A DNA stretch of 64,000 nucleotides from Phoronis australis (taxonomy: Eukaryota > Animalia > Phoronida), in NCBI GenBank assembly GCA_002633005.1, contig NMRA01000165.1, positions 439,541 through 503,540 of the forward strand, in the 5' to 3' direction. Below the pieces are notes generated by a model. It was given only the letters and a program-made list of their open reading frames with translations. It was not told the origin of the DNA and ran no database searches. Made by a program: the position numbers and the translations under genes. This document shows, in pieces, positions 48,601-56,828 of this stretch. How positions within the stretch are numbered: the stretch's first letter is position 1; every line of letters starts with the position of its first letter.

Positions 48601-49961
48601 AGAAGAAAGTTCCTTTAAGTATTCGTCTCGATGGTTATTTCGGGTAATATCTTGCAGTTTCATTTTATTTATTTCCTTCCTCCCCGGGTAAATTTTCTCA
48701 AAATGAATTATATTTTTTCTTTTAGGCGCAGTCGAAACCTGGGCCTGTCGAATCCAAACCCAAAACACCAACACGCAAGCCTCATCAAATCTCAGTCGGC
48801 CTTAAGGAGTGGGTTCGCCTGTACGTGGATCATGTACTCTTTAGAACGACACAACAAACAGACACGAAGGCTTTTACCACTAGGACGCCCATTCCTGTCT
48901 TCTCGTCTACTTCGTCAATACCATTTCCCGATAGTCGTTACGGGTCTAGTGTGTCTTCCGTGACAACAGAACATTCCACCATCAGCGTCATCCATGTTGA
49001 AACTCAGACGTCACGTGCTCAGGTTGTGGAGCACTTACCTGCAAGACTCCCGAAAGTCGATAGCAAGTGCGTTGGAGTGACGCCAGACTGTCTAGATGAG
49101 CAACGGTCGGCGGAAACAGGAGAAAACGATAAAGACATTGAGGTTGTCAAGCAATGGCTTGACAATACGGGTGGAGCTTATAAGGAAGTGAAGTCTGGCA
49201 GTAGCCAGAGCAGTGCCACCTCACGAGTTTACGAGGGGGACGATGGGCATCTGATAGTGCCACAGGACAGACGATCTAGTGTTGATACAGGCACTAAAAA
49301 CTTGCATGTCAGTGAACCTTCTAACGATCAATCGGAAGAAACTATTCAGGTACCCAGCAGGCCTCATAGTAAGTCTGTACGTGCCAGTCCGACGTATCCC
49401 GAAGACCAAGCATGGAAGCTCGTGCATAGGGCGTCTGCGCCTCCTTTAAGTAAAGAGCAAACTGTCGCTCTCAGCGCCCTGACTGTCACGCCATCGGACG
49501 AACCCGACGTCTGCACATTATCTCCGCTCTCTTATCAGCCACAGACCACATCCCGTTCGTCATCAACACGCATCAGAAACCCACCTCGAGCTCTGACCCT
49601 ACCTTTCGCAACGGACTGTGTCTCTCATGTTCCAGGCGTCGGTCTTAGCGATCAAGATGCTCTTCTGTTGCGTACCACCGATGCCGCCAGTAGACAGTCG
49701 AGAAGCAGGACGCATATGCATCAGATGGTGATAAACCTTGGACACCGTATCTGTGACATGTTGTCGTCCACGACTGCTGACGACAGCACGGGCGGCATTT
49801 GGCCGTGGTGTGCGGTAGGTGTCGCTGTAGGGCTTGTGGGCGTTTACTGTCTAACGAGGAACAGTTCTTACCCGCGTCTCTTATCTGTAGACAACAATAA
49901 TGTAAGAAGCGTTGTCTGGATACCGTCAGTGAGGCTAGAGAACTTTGTGTCACCTGATTAA
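21533..49961 (+). CDS. BCL2L13: Bcl-2-like protein 13 (Bcl-rambo) orthologue; giant predicted isoform of about 4,203 aa (4,359 aa as assembled)
   Basis: Phase-compatible exons 21533-21662, 22714-22794, 26456-26647, 26993-27072, 27671-27799, 28360-28503, 34436-34522, 35082-40752, 41731-46508, 48023-48574, 48726-49961. Motifs YETKYLVLKFL, TYEQF...NASGWHQ, KRGQKFLS, ADFIIRQGGW and PPESP match recalled human BCL2L13 (YETKYVVLSYL, TYQAF...HASGWNK, RRGQEPLS, AEYIIQQGGW, PPESP). A hydrophobic anchor lies near the C-terminus, and the gene is head-to-head with ATP6V1E. Joining of the giant exons is inferred from splice signals only. Confidence 0.8.
22714..22794 (+). CDS. BCL2L13: BCL2L13-like exon 2 (VDSGQERSFVGQDDLQVDGGGPDYDET)
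   Basis: ttttacag acceptor, GTAAGA donor, 81 nt, phase 1-1, open frame. Confidence 0.8.
23252..23411. repeat. Minisatellite of about 43-46 bp, about 4 copies (CACTAAGATGGACCTACTTCCTGTTATGAGAAACAGGCT...)
   Basis: Read directly from the sequence; imperfect copies. Confidence 0.85.
24405..26022 (+). mobile_element. HINE-like element, copy 3 (opposite orientation)
   Basis: TTTTTTATGCGCCCACATAT start, (GTCC)-like microsatellite, tandem subunits, end GTGGGCGCATTTCAACGCTCCGTGTTGCTCTT. Confidence 0.75.
26456..26647 (+). CDS. BCL2L13: BCL2L13-like exon 3 (DNSLSSVTARS...EIEKGVSPEIDRLRQ)
   Basis: tttccag acceptor, GTTAGT donor, 192 nt, phase 1-1. Confidence 0.8.
26993..27072 (+). CDS. BCL2L13: BCL2L13-like exon 4 with BH3 (ENEVVHQIRTIGDE)
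   Basis: ttctag acceptor, GTTTGT donor, phase 1-0; BH3 core IxxIGDE. Confidence 0.88.
27671..27799 (+). CDS. BCL2L13: BCL2L13-like exon 5 (VNVRFANE...TYEQFKNVMRTLTQDINASGWHQ)
   Basis: ggcag acceptor; non-canonical GC donor (CAG|GCAAGC); 129 nt. Confidence 0.88.
27819..27949. repeat. Tandem duplication of about 63 bp just downstream of the GC donor
   Basis: TGTC[G/A]GTGTACACCAAA..TGAAACATC..CTCATTTGAACA..AGTTTCATTTTGAAATCATGTCAG occurs twice. Confidence 0.85.
28360..28503 (+). CDS. BCL2L13: BCL2L13-like exon 6 with BH2 (VALVMSF...KSADFIIRQGGW)
   Basis: ttgtag acceptor; GTGAGG donor right after GGW (typical Bcl-2 family intron position); 144 nt. Confidence 0.93.
28547..28920 (+). mobile_element. 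Degenerate partial HINE-like copy
   Basis: TTTTATGTGCCCACAT start, TATCTCCAAAAC and AGTGGCAATTTTAGTTTTTACATTT shared with copy 3. Confidence 0.55.
28986..29866 (-). mobile_element. Kolobok-like non-autonomous transposon A with THAP and transposase remnants
   Basis: TTAA|AGGCGAAGGCAACC ... TTTCCTTCGCCT|TTAG; minus strand encodes KQRLKKGTIPSLL..RSAFLKRE (THAP C-terminal AVPT-like box) and [33 protein letters not shown]. Confidence 0.75.
29871..30757 (+). mobile_element. Kolobok-like non-autonomous transposon B with long inverted arms (about 280 bp)
   Basis: TTAG|AAGCGAAGGCAACC ... GGTTGCCTTCACCT|TTAA; arms are reverse complements of each other; interior [24 protein letters not shown]. Confidence 0.78.
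31846..33264. mobile_element. Non-autonomous DNA transposon with CAC..GTG ends and a 5-bp target-site duplication (Transib-like)
   Basis: ACCTG|CACGGGTGAGAAACAACGTGACCGCCGGTCCTC ... GAGGACCGGCGGTCATGTTGTTTCTCACCTGTG|ACCTG; inverted arms of about 150-175 bp built of subrepeats. Confidence 0.8.
34436..34522 (+). CDS. BCL2L13: BCL2L13-like exon 7 (GSIQKTPPESPVFDGSSPPSANVLPSGGP)
   Basis: tttcag acceptor, GTAAGT donor, 87 nt, phase 0-0; PPESP motif. Confidence 0.75.
35082..40752 (+). CDS. Giant coding exon (5,671 nt), Ser/Thr/Glu-rich and probably disordered; inferred exon 8 of the BCL2L13-like gene
   Basis: Lies within the 1951-aa ORF; branch point TACTAAT near 35054, pyrimidine tract and CAG at 35079-35081 (phase 0); donor G|GTGAGT at 40752/40753 (phase 1). 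Confidence 0.85.
37495..37755 (+). repeat. Coding 24-bp minisatellite (TEGDTSQ[R/S]), about 11 copies, with more degenerate units upstream
   Basis: GAAGGTGACACTTCTCAGAGAACA units in frame inside the giant exon. Confidence 0.93.
41731..46508 (+). CDS. Giant coding exon (4,778 nt as assembled); disordered N-half, hydrophobic helical C-half; inferred exon 9
   Basis: ttactttcag acceptor, phase 1, in frame with the 1587-aa ORF; donor GAG|GTAAGC, phase 0. Confidence 0.85.
44212..45146 (+). other. 467-bp tandem duplication separated by a single N; probable haplotype-overlap assembly artefact
   Basis: 44212-44678 matches 44680-45146 apart from five substitutions (four synonymous, one V/A); N at 44679. 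Confidence 0.85.
48023..48574 (+). CDS. Inferred exon 10 (GLHVNIYEMAAAPED...KHYRKKHQ)
   Basis: ctgcccag acceptor phase 0; CAG|GTAGAA donor phase 0; covers the 183-aa ORF. Confidence 0.7.
48726..49961 (+). CDS. Inferred terminal exon with C-terminal transmembrane segment (IWPWCAVGVAVGLVGVYCLTR)
   Basis: ttttctttag acceptor phase 0, in frame with the 378-aa ORF; TAA stop; hydrophobic segment resembles a Bcl-2 family tail anchor. Confidence 0.8.
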   Translation, partial: AQSKPGPVESKPKTPTRKPHQISVGLKEWVRLYVDHVLFRTTQQTDTKAFTTRTPIPVFSSTSSIPFPDSRYGSSVSSVTTEHSTISVIHVETQTSRAQVVEHLPARLPKVDSKCVGVTPDCLDEQRSAETGENDKDIEVVKQWLDNTGGAYKEVKSGSSQSSATSRVYEGDDGHLIVPQDRRSSVDTGTKNLHVSEPSNDQSEETIQVPSRPHSKSVRASPTYPEDQAWKLVHRASAPPLSKEQTVALSALTVTPSDEPDVCTLSPLSYQPQTTSRSSSTRIRNPPRALTLPFATDCVSHVPGVGLSDQDALLLRTTDAASRQSRSRTHMHQMVINLGHRICDMLSSTTADDSTGGIWPWCAVGVAVGLVGVYCLTRNSSYPRLLSVDNNNVRSVVWIPSVRLENFVSPD

Positions 49962-50719
49962 AAACGTCTTCACGACTTCTACGTTTTCTTAATTTATGTA
50001 TATTTTTATTGTGTTAATAGCAGCGCTGCTTCCTTTTCTGTACACCACCTTTAGTTAATTACAGTACTTACGATAGCGTTATTTTAGATAAAAGCCAGGC
50101 CTTTTTCTACTGCAGTTGAATTTTCCCTTGTGGATGACTGATATAACCTCTGACCAACACCTCGGCATATTTGTGTTACCAAGGAATCTTGTTTTAGTGC
50201 AATTGTTACTTATGGTGTGTTTTGTTTACACCCAGGCGCGTTACTCCACATAAGTTCTGTGGAAATTTATTTATATTTTATTTAAATTAAGTATGTTATC
50301 TGCTGTTAATTTAGAGCTCTGCGAGTTTTTGTACCATATTTTTGTCTTTCAATGCTAAAACGGGTATGTTGTGTGCCAACAATTCGTAACCTTCATGTTC
50401 CTGTTTTGAATTGTTAGCCAACGCTATTCAATTATTCTTTCAGGTAGCTTGATAATACAGACAAACTGGTTATTTAATTTATATTTGTGATATTGAATGT
50501 GTGGTGAGAAATTCTGTGTGGCAATAATCTCTGTGAACGAGACAGGCTGAGTCAAAGACTTACTGAAGGTACAAATTTCATGACTTTTTTACCAAATAGG
50601 CCTACCACGTTACTATTCTTAAAATATTTTTATAGATAATTTCTTATCGGGAGGAATTAAAATGTCATATCTTCAATGATTGGGGAGTATCAACTGTTTT
50701 GAAATCTTCGTCAATAGAC

Positions 50720-50725
50720 AATAAA
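50720..50725 (+). terminator. Candidate polyadenylation signal of the BCL2L13-like gene
   Basis: AATAAA followed about 15 nt later by a GT/T-rich tract (cttgtttttgttgtttttt), after an AT-rich 3'UTR. Confidence 0.5.
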
Positions 50726-51544
50726 TGCTAACTAATAATACTTGTTTTTGTTGTTTTTTACCGTAAGGTGCACTTCTTTAAGGGCCGTCAAACGTAACCC
50801 ACTCCCTTGTCTTCATATTTAGGGCCGAGCTACAAAGGCTCCAACCGAGGCTTTAGACCTGATTGTAGCAGAGGTCCCATGCATACCGCCCTATTTAACT
50901 GGCTGGAAAACGAAAATCGAATCGGTCCTTTTTCTCTCGTAAAAGCGGTCCCATATTCCTTATCGTAATAGGATTTTGTTACGAACGTCGAAACCATCAG
51001 CGACGAAAACGCTTATTGATGGTGGCCTTCCCGTAAATGGCCGGCTCGTTCGGCATAACCGGATGAGTTTAAACCCCTGATCTCCTCAACATGTCGAAAT
51101 ACAGCATTAATGGAAAGAGCATCGTAGGCTTTGACTACGTTGCCTTCGCAATACCGTAATTATTTTGAATAGCACTGTTCAAAAAACAGAATGCTCTTGA
51201 TATTTACTGTTTTACGAAACACATGGCAAACTGAATGATTGATTATTATTGGCCTATACCGTGCTGTTACAGTTATCCGCTTTATTCTAAGATGAACATG
51301 CTCCTGTCAGTTATTTCATTAGCGTATCTCGTGTCTTCTCTACTGTGGCTTTGCAATAAAATGAGTTCTCTCCCATGATTGTACGAGTTAACATGAACCT
51401 TTTGACACCCGACTGGAGCTCCCGACTGGGCCGATATGACAATTTTTCTGCCACTGAGCTCAACGGATTGGGGTCGAAAAATCAGTGATCGAGGTCTTTA
51501 GACCAGTTTTATGACGGTAGTCGAAATCAACAACCTACTCATTT

Positions 51545-52170
51545 AATTTCGTGAAATTCCAGCCAGGAACTCCGAAGATACAGAGGCAAACGCATAAAAC
51601 TGCCATTGAGGCACAACGGAAGTTGGATAATCCTTAACGAACGCTTCACCTGTTGTCTCTTTCATAGGAGTACACAAAAACCCTACGAAAGGTTAAGGAG
51701 AAGCAGTGGGAGATGCAAAAATTAAAGCAGATTCCATCGAATCTGGATATGTCGTTGTCGGCATGTCAATGCAAACATGAAAATCCGTGACGGGTTTGGG
51801 CAGATACGGAGACGAAAAGTAAAAAATAAAATTGACAATAGGGAGCACATCAATTCTTGGATATTACCAGAAAATACATCGTATGTCACCTGAATCATAA
51901 GAACACATTACAAAATTCTATGAAGAAACTGCAAGCAGTTTAGAAGGTACAGCATCGGACGCAGGGCGCTGGCAGCGTATCCAGGATTTTGAGTTGGCGG
52001 GGGGCCGGGCAGGGCAGAGTATTGGTTAGGATTTTGCCCTGTCAGACATTCGCACTCCCGAACTGCCAAATGGAAATTGGGACAATTTTAGGGGGGGCAT
52101 GGCCCCCCTCTAAATCCGCCACTGAAGATGACGGCATGATTCACCCACATGTTTACGTGGGCGTCTAACA
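51545..52170 (-). mobile_element. Degenerate HINE-like copy interrupted by a small MITE (about 51973-52124)
   Basis: End GATGACGGCATGATTCACCCACATGTTTACGTGGGCG matches the family terminus; the insert ends AAATCCGCCACTG and shares GTCAGACATTCGCA..AACTGCCAAATG with 14155-14255. Confidence 0.5.
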
Positions 52171-53588
52171 ACTGGAGGTTTCACGAAACTGCATATTTGC
52201 TGGTTCATATTTGTCTGACCTCAAAAGAACTTTAACATCGAGTAACGAATCCTCTGTGAGGACTTCTATAGTTTTTTGAAGGCCTAACGCTGTCTCGCGA
52301 TTTTAATTCGACTAAACCATTGATACCGTGGTTCTTTATTGACTAAAAGGATTTGGATAAAACGCCAACATGTTTACAAACAAAAATTTTCAATGGATGT
52401 CTTCGGTTGAGCATCAGTTGAGCAATATAAGGAAGAGCTGCAGGGATTTTCATCTTGGTAAAATGAACTGGTGTTACAAGAAAGACATCTTATGACAAAA
52501 GTCATTTCCACTTTATTCTTTATAAATATATTTACATTAACAGCTGCCATGTTGGCAGTCATCAAGTACTTGGCACTTGTTAAAAACCTGTAATATTTAC
52601 AACCTCTAAAACAACACTGACAATTCAAGATAGCACTGAGCAAGTAAAACAAACATACGCTATGGGACACTGTACTTCATAACAAGGGCATTCTTCACTC
52701 ATTTTCCCCAATTAAAAATAATAGCCAAATTTGGTAATTTTTCAAATATTCAATTACATCCTGAAAATAATGAAAATTCTCAAACATTGTTTGACAGCCA
52801 AGAGAATTATATACTACAACTTTCTTAGTCTTTATGACATCTAAACAGTTCAAGCCAAGAGAATTATAGACTACAACTTTCTTAGTCTTTATTTTTGTTA
52901 AGAAATTTGACAAAACAAAATTTCACATGTCCGCCACGTCAAGAACTAAATAGGTGAAAAACTACCTTGTACACTGGGCATTAGAGCAAACTATTACAAT
53001 TACAATTACAAATATTTTCCAAACAAGCCTTGTGTCAACATATTACAGTGACAGAATTTGTACAAAAGTTATTAAACTCTTGGAACATAAAATCATAATT
53101 CTATAATTACACCTTTGAAAATTAAACAGAAAGCCCTGAAAAATTGACCGGAATGTTCCGGAACTATATTAGATTTTACTTCCAGCAACACCACAGAATA
53201 TTTAGAAAGACTTCAACATGGGACACTGAGGAGAAAAATATGTACAAAGTAGAGATATTAAAATGAATCTACAATAAAATGCTTTCACAAGGAAATCAAC
53301 AAGAACACCTGAACTTAAAAACGTAAGCCCAGCAGTACGGAATGAATGAAATTATCACAACACTGGGTTACAAATGATAGCACACAGAAACGCGAGTATA
53401 GTATATTGCACCAAAGGCTTGGGTAGAACATTGAGATTGCTAGGATGGGTCAGTAAAACATGGGAAATTCTACCACAGACAAGGGGGGCAACAGAATAAC
53501 TGTTGTTTGAAGACAACACACAGCAGTATCAGAGTTCTTCAGTGGATGTCTTGGATGATGCTCTAAGCTCAGTCAAGTCTGATGTCAT

Positions 53589-53630
53589 TCAGTCCAACTC
53601 GAAATCACTGCTATCCTCTACCATGGAGTC
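53589..53630 (-). CDS. BID-like gene, terminal coding exon (DSMVEDSSDFELD*)
   Basis: tcttatag acceptor phase 0; TGA stop; AT-rich UTR follows, with minus-strand AATAAA near 52512 and 52335. Confidence 0.7.
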   Translation of the reverse strand, partial: DSMVEDSSDFELD

Positions 53631-56600
53631 CTATAAGACAGTGTATTCATGTGGATGAACATTCTTAGGATACACCATTCTACCATGTTATAACTACAAA
53701 CACATTTCTATCAACAGTTACTTTACTTACAGAATAACAAGACAATATTTTGTAATACTTCCAGATCAAGGGATGCAAGTACAAATCTAGTAATTGCAGG
53801 CCTTGGAATGACCCATGACAAAAAAGCGGAAATTTTTACGGCCCCAAACATGCGCGCACCCATCCTTTTGCCGACAAAATTTGGGAGGACTAAAAAAAGG
53901 TAACACCTCCAGAAGCGTGCGCCTCTTTTTAGCTCGTCCGTCCACACCCAACTCCACACATTTTTGGCTGCAGAGTCGTAGTATTTGTCACCGCGATTTA
54001 CAATCTCACGAGATGCCATTGAAGAAGTCCACCACGCTTTTTCCAGGTGCCCTGGCAATGTTGACAATTTACGTTCCTCCGAAACACAAAGAGCAACTTC
54101 CGCTTTTCGTGGTGAAATTCGTCGGCAACGCCGCGGTAAGAAAGAAATTTGCCGCGGAAATTTTATATCAAATCCGATTTTTTTTACGCGGAAATATAAT
54201 AAAATGCGCAGACAGAACATTTGAAAAAAGCGGAAATCCGCGTTTCCGCAGAAAATTCCAAGCCCTGTAATTGGTAGATTTTGAAGGATAATTTTCTAAT
54301 ACAGGACTGACTTCAACTCTGGCAATTGAAACTGAAGTAAAAGCTTAGTTTTACCCTTATCTAACTGCACTGTCCCGCATAAAGTGCACACAAATGTCTT
54401 TTACAGTGTGATACACAAAATGGCATCTACACAACAAGTAATCTCCCAAATTAAGGCAGTCTCCTTCCATGTCAAGAGCAACCTTGAGCATTGATAGGCA
54501 CTCACCAGATACCTGTAGAGAAATGAGAGCACACACGTATACATATATGAGGGGTGTCTTTCAACTCACCCATCCGCCTTGGTCAGACAGCCACTCCGCA
54601 AACTTGTCCTCAAAGTACTGCAGACTCATCTCCTTGATCCTACTGGCCTGCTGGGCACCCACACCTACCCACTGTACTGCCGCCTTGGTCAGTTGAAACA
54701 GCACTGCTATCTGCTGGAAACCTTCGGACTTGGGAAGGATGTTATTTACATGCGTTTTAAACTGGTTGTACGTTGCGTCAGTAACAATCTTCTTTAAAGC
54801 TTCAGCGGGGAACTCGCCCTGTATGAAAAAAACAGTTTCTTTCAGAGAGAAGCTACGGATGAAATAAATGTCACACACTAATAAATCTTGAACATTGATC
54901 AAAGCTCAAACGCAATAGTGCATGTAACTAAAAGTAACTAAAAGGTCTCTTACGTTTGCAAATTCATCACCACGGTGACGAAGCAGAGAGGCCAACTTCA
55001 TCTCCAGGGGGTTGTGCAATTCAGAACCAGTGGCTCCACCTGTTGCTGTAAGAACTATAGGACTAGTAGGCTCATAGTCGGAGCTACTTTCCTGGCCAGA
55101 CTCAACCTGCACAATAAACAATAGTATATTTCATTTTCAAAACTAACACATTCTGTATTTCAGTTTGTACACAATTAATTCCAATTAACTAGCTGTTTCT
55201 CTGAAATACAATCATTGTATTAATGGATTACAAATATTGAACTAATTCTTAAAGAAACATGAAAAACATCAGAAAGGTCACATCAGGTGACATTTCACTG
55301 TGGTATGCAAAACATTGCTAATGAAACAAATATGGCATTTATGAATCGAATATTCCTCTATCAGCCAAGTGCATGTGACTATCATCAGACTTTACCTGCT
55401 GAACATAGCTGTCAGCTATCTCTGCCAGTTTCTTGGCCACTTTGTCATATATTACATCCTTCTCTTCTTCTGTTCTGTCCGCCATTGGTTTCTGGGCTAT
55501 CGCACTGGGTGAAAGGGGAGTACCAGCTGTAACAACCAATGTTGATTACGTAATAGCAACAGCGGCACACTAATTACTAAGGGTTGATGAACAATGGCTA
55601 GCACTACTCTATTACTGGTGTTGGATTTGCAATACAGGTGTAGTTAATACCAGATGTGTAGTAGCTACACCTGTAATTAAGTACACAAACTTCTATCAAA
55701 TCTGTTCTATGTGATGCTACTCTCGTTGTTTAAAAATTGTGTACACATTCATGATCTCGGTTTCATGCAGTGCCATCAAGCACAACATGTTTTCTAAATG
55801 TGAAGAAATGAACATTACACAAAGAAGCTGATCGGGAATGTACAGAAAACTCGCGTAAGTAGTATCCAACCAGACCGAGTAAAATCCGACTTGTCTGAAG
55901 GACAAAAGTACCACGGAACTTCTTTTACGAAACAGCAAACCAAGTTAGCTAAGAAGTAATTTGCTCACGGCAACAGGTTCACCTCAAACTATTTTTAAAG
56001 ATGATGCTAAAATAGTCACCTTGTCCACTATCTCCTCCACCATCAATCTGCAGATCATGTTTTTGCGGAGACACTAGCCCGTCCAACTTTAGCCGCCGTC
56101 TCATTTCCTTGCTCTTCACTTTTTCCCCCATTAGCTGTGCATAGCCTGTCAGCTCGTGTTCATCATTTCTTTGATTGTCAACAAGTGAAGTCACAGGCTT
56201 ACTAGACCCACGTGGTGGAAGAGGAGGGGACTCGTCAGATGTCGTTGGATGAGGCTCAGACTGACGTGAGACAAGTGGGGGACCAGGTGGGGCTTTGGCA
56301 GACGTACGGGAAGCATGAACTTTAGATTTACTAGGAACATGAGGTGGCGGAGAGGGCAGACCTCCTTTAAGTTGACGGGGGACATGTGGTGGGGGAGGAG
56401 GTGCACCACCAGCTGGGGAAGGGGCCCGTGGTGGTGGTAGTGGTGGGGGTTGGTCCTCAGACAGTCTGTGTCCATTTGTCTGCCTGTGCACACTTGTGTC
56501 AATGATATTGGAGAATTCTTCAGTAAGCTTTTTGGGAGAAGACCTAGTGAGGCTGGAGGATTTACGATGGCTGCCGCTGTGCTTTGAGTCAACTTGTAGG

Positions 56601-56712
56601 TACTTTTTCTCTGGAAGTGAGGTAGTTGTATGGCCCAAATCGATGCTTGAGCCGGGACTTTCATCGAGGACATCTAGTGATTTAGATTTGTGACCAGGGC
56701 TGCGTAGGCTCT
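53589..56712 (-). CDS. BID-clade Bcl-2 family protein at the syntenic position of BID (5' exon(s) not found); at least 422 aa, no transmembrane anchor
   Basis: Phase-compatible GT-AG exons 56020-56712, 55396-55526, 54954-55106, 54570-54818, 53589-53630. Pro-rich region, DLQID|GGGDS, BH3 VAKKLAEIADSY, second BH3 LASLLRHRGDEF, core TYNQFK...EGFQQIAVLFQL...QYFEDKFAEWLSDQGGW, ending DSMVEDSSDFELD*. Confidence 0.88.
53797..54267. mobile_element. hAT-like MITE in the last intron of the BID-like gene
   Basis: CAGGCCTTGGAAT / ATTCCAAGCCCTG inverted ends; TAATTG duplicated on both sides; repeated GCGGAAA subterminal motifs. Confidence 0.7.
54570..54818 (-). CDS. BID-like gene, Bcl-2 core exon ending in BH2 (EWLSDQGGW)
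   Basis: atacag acceptor, GTGAGT donor after GGW, 249 nt. Confidence 0.92.
54954..55106 (-). CDS. BID-like gene, second BH3 exon (EMKLASLLRHRGDEFAN)
   Basis: tgcag acceptor, GTAAGA donor, 153 nt. Confidence 0.88.
55396..55526 (-). CDS. BID-like gene, first BH3 exon (EEEKDVIYDKVAKKLAEIADSYVQQ)
   Basis: ttacag acceptor, GTAAAG donor, phase 1-0. Confidence 0.88.
56020..56712 (-). CDS. BID-like gene, Pro/Ser-rich exon ending in a caspase-type site
   Basis: tgtttcag acceptor, G|GTGACT donor, 693 nt, phase 1-1, within the 257-aa ORF. Confidence 0.85.
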
Positions 56713-56742
56713 CTGAAACAACCAAAAACAGCACTTGGTATG

Positions 56743-56828
56743 AATAAAGCAATAGTTATTACATCACTTATAATAAAGCAATAGTTATTACATCACTTAT
56801 AATAAAGCAATAGTTATTACATCACTTT
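56743..56828. repeat. 29-bp tandem repeat, 3 copies (AATAAAGCAATAGTTATTACATCACTTAT)
   Basis: Read directly from the sequence; adjacent to the acceptor of the Pro-rich exon. Confidence 0.9.

Noticed and set aside
35082-49961. A specific LC3-interacting motif equivalent to WQQI of human BCL2L13
   Set aside because: Several [W/F/Y]xx[L/I/V] strings exist (for example FDTI), as expected by chance in 3,900 residues; none can be singled out without conservation data.
53723-54270. 151-165 aa ORFs on both strands
   Set aside because: They lie over a GC-richer MITE in an intron and show no protein-family motifs.
54361-54512. Alternative terminal exon of the BID-like gene starting at ctctacag near 54513
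   Set aside because: It would need an intron of only about 57 nt and gives an unremarkable peptide; the 53589-53630 exon fits better. Not excluded without RNA data.
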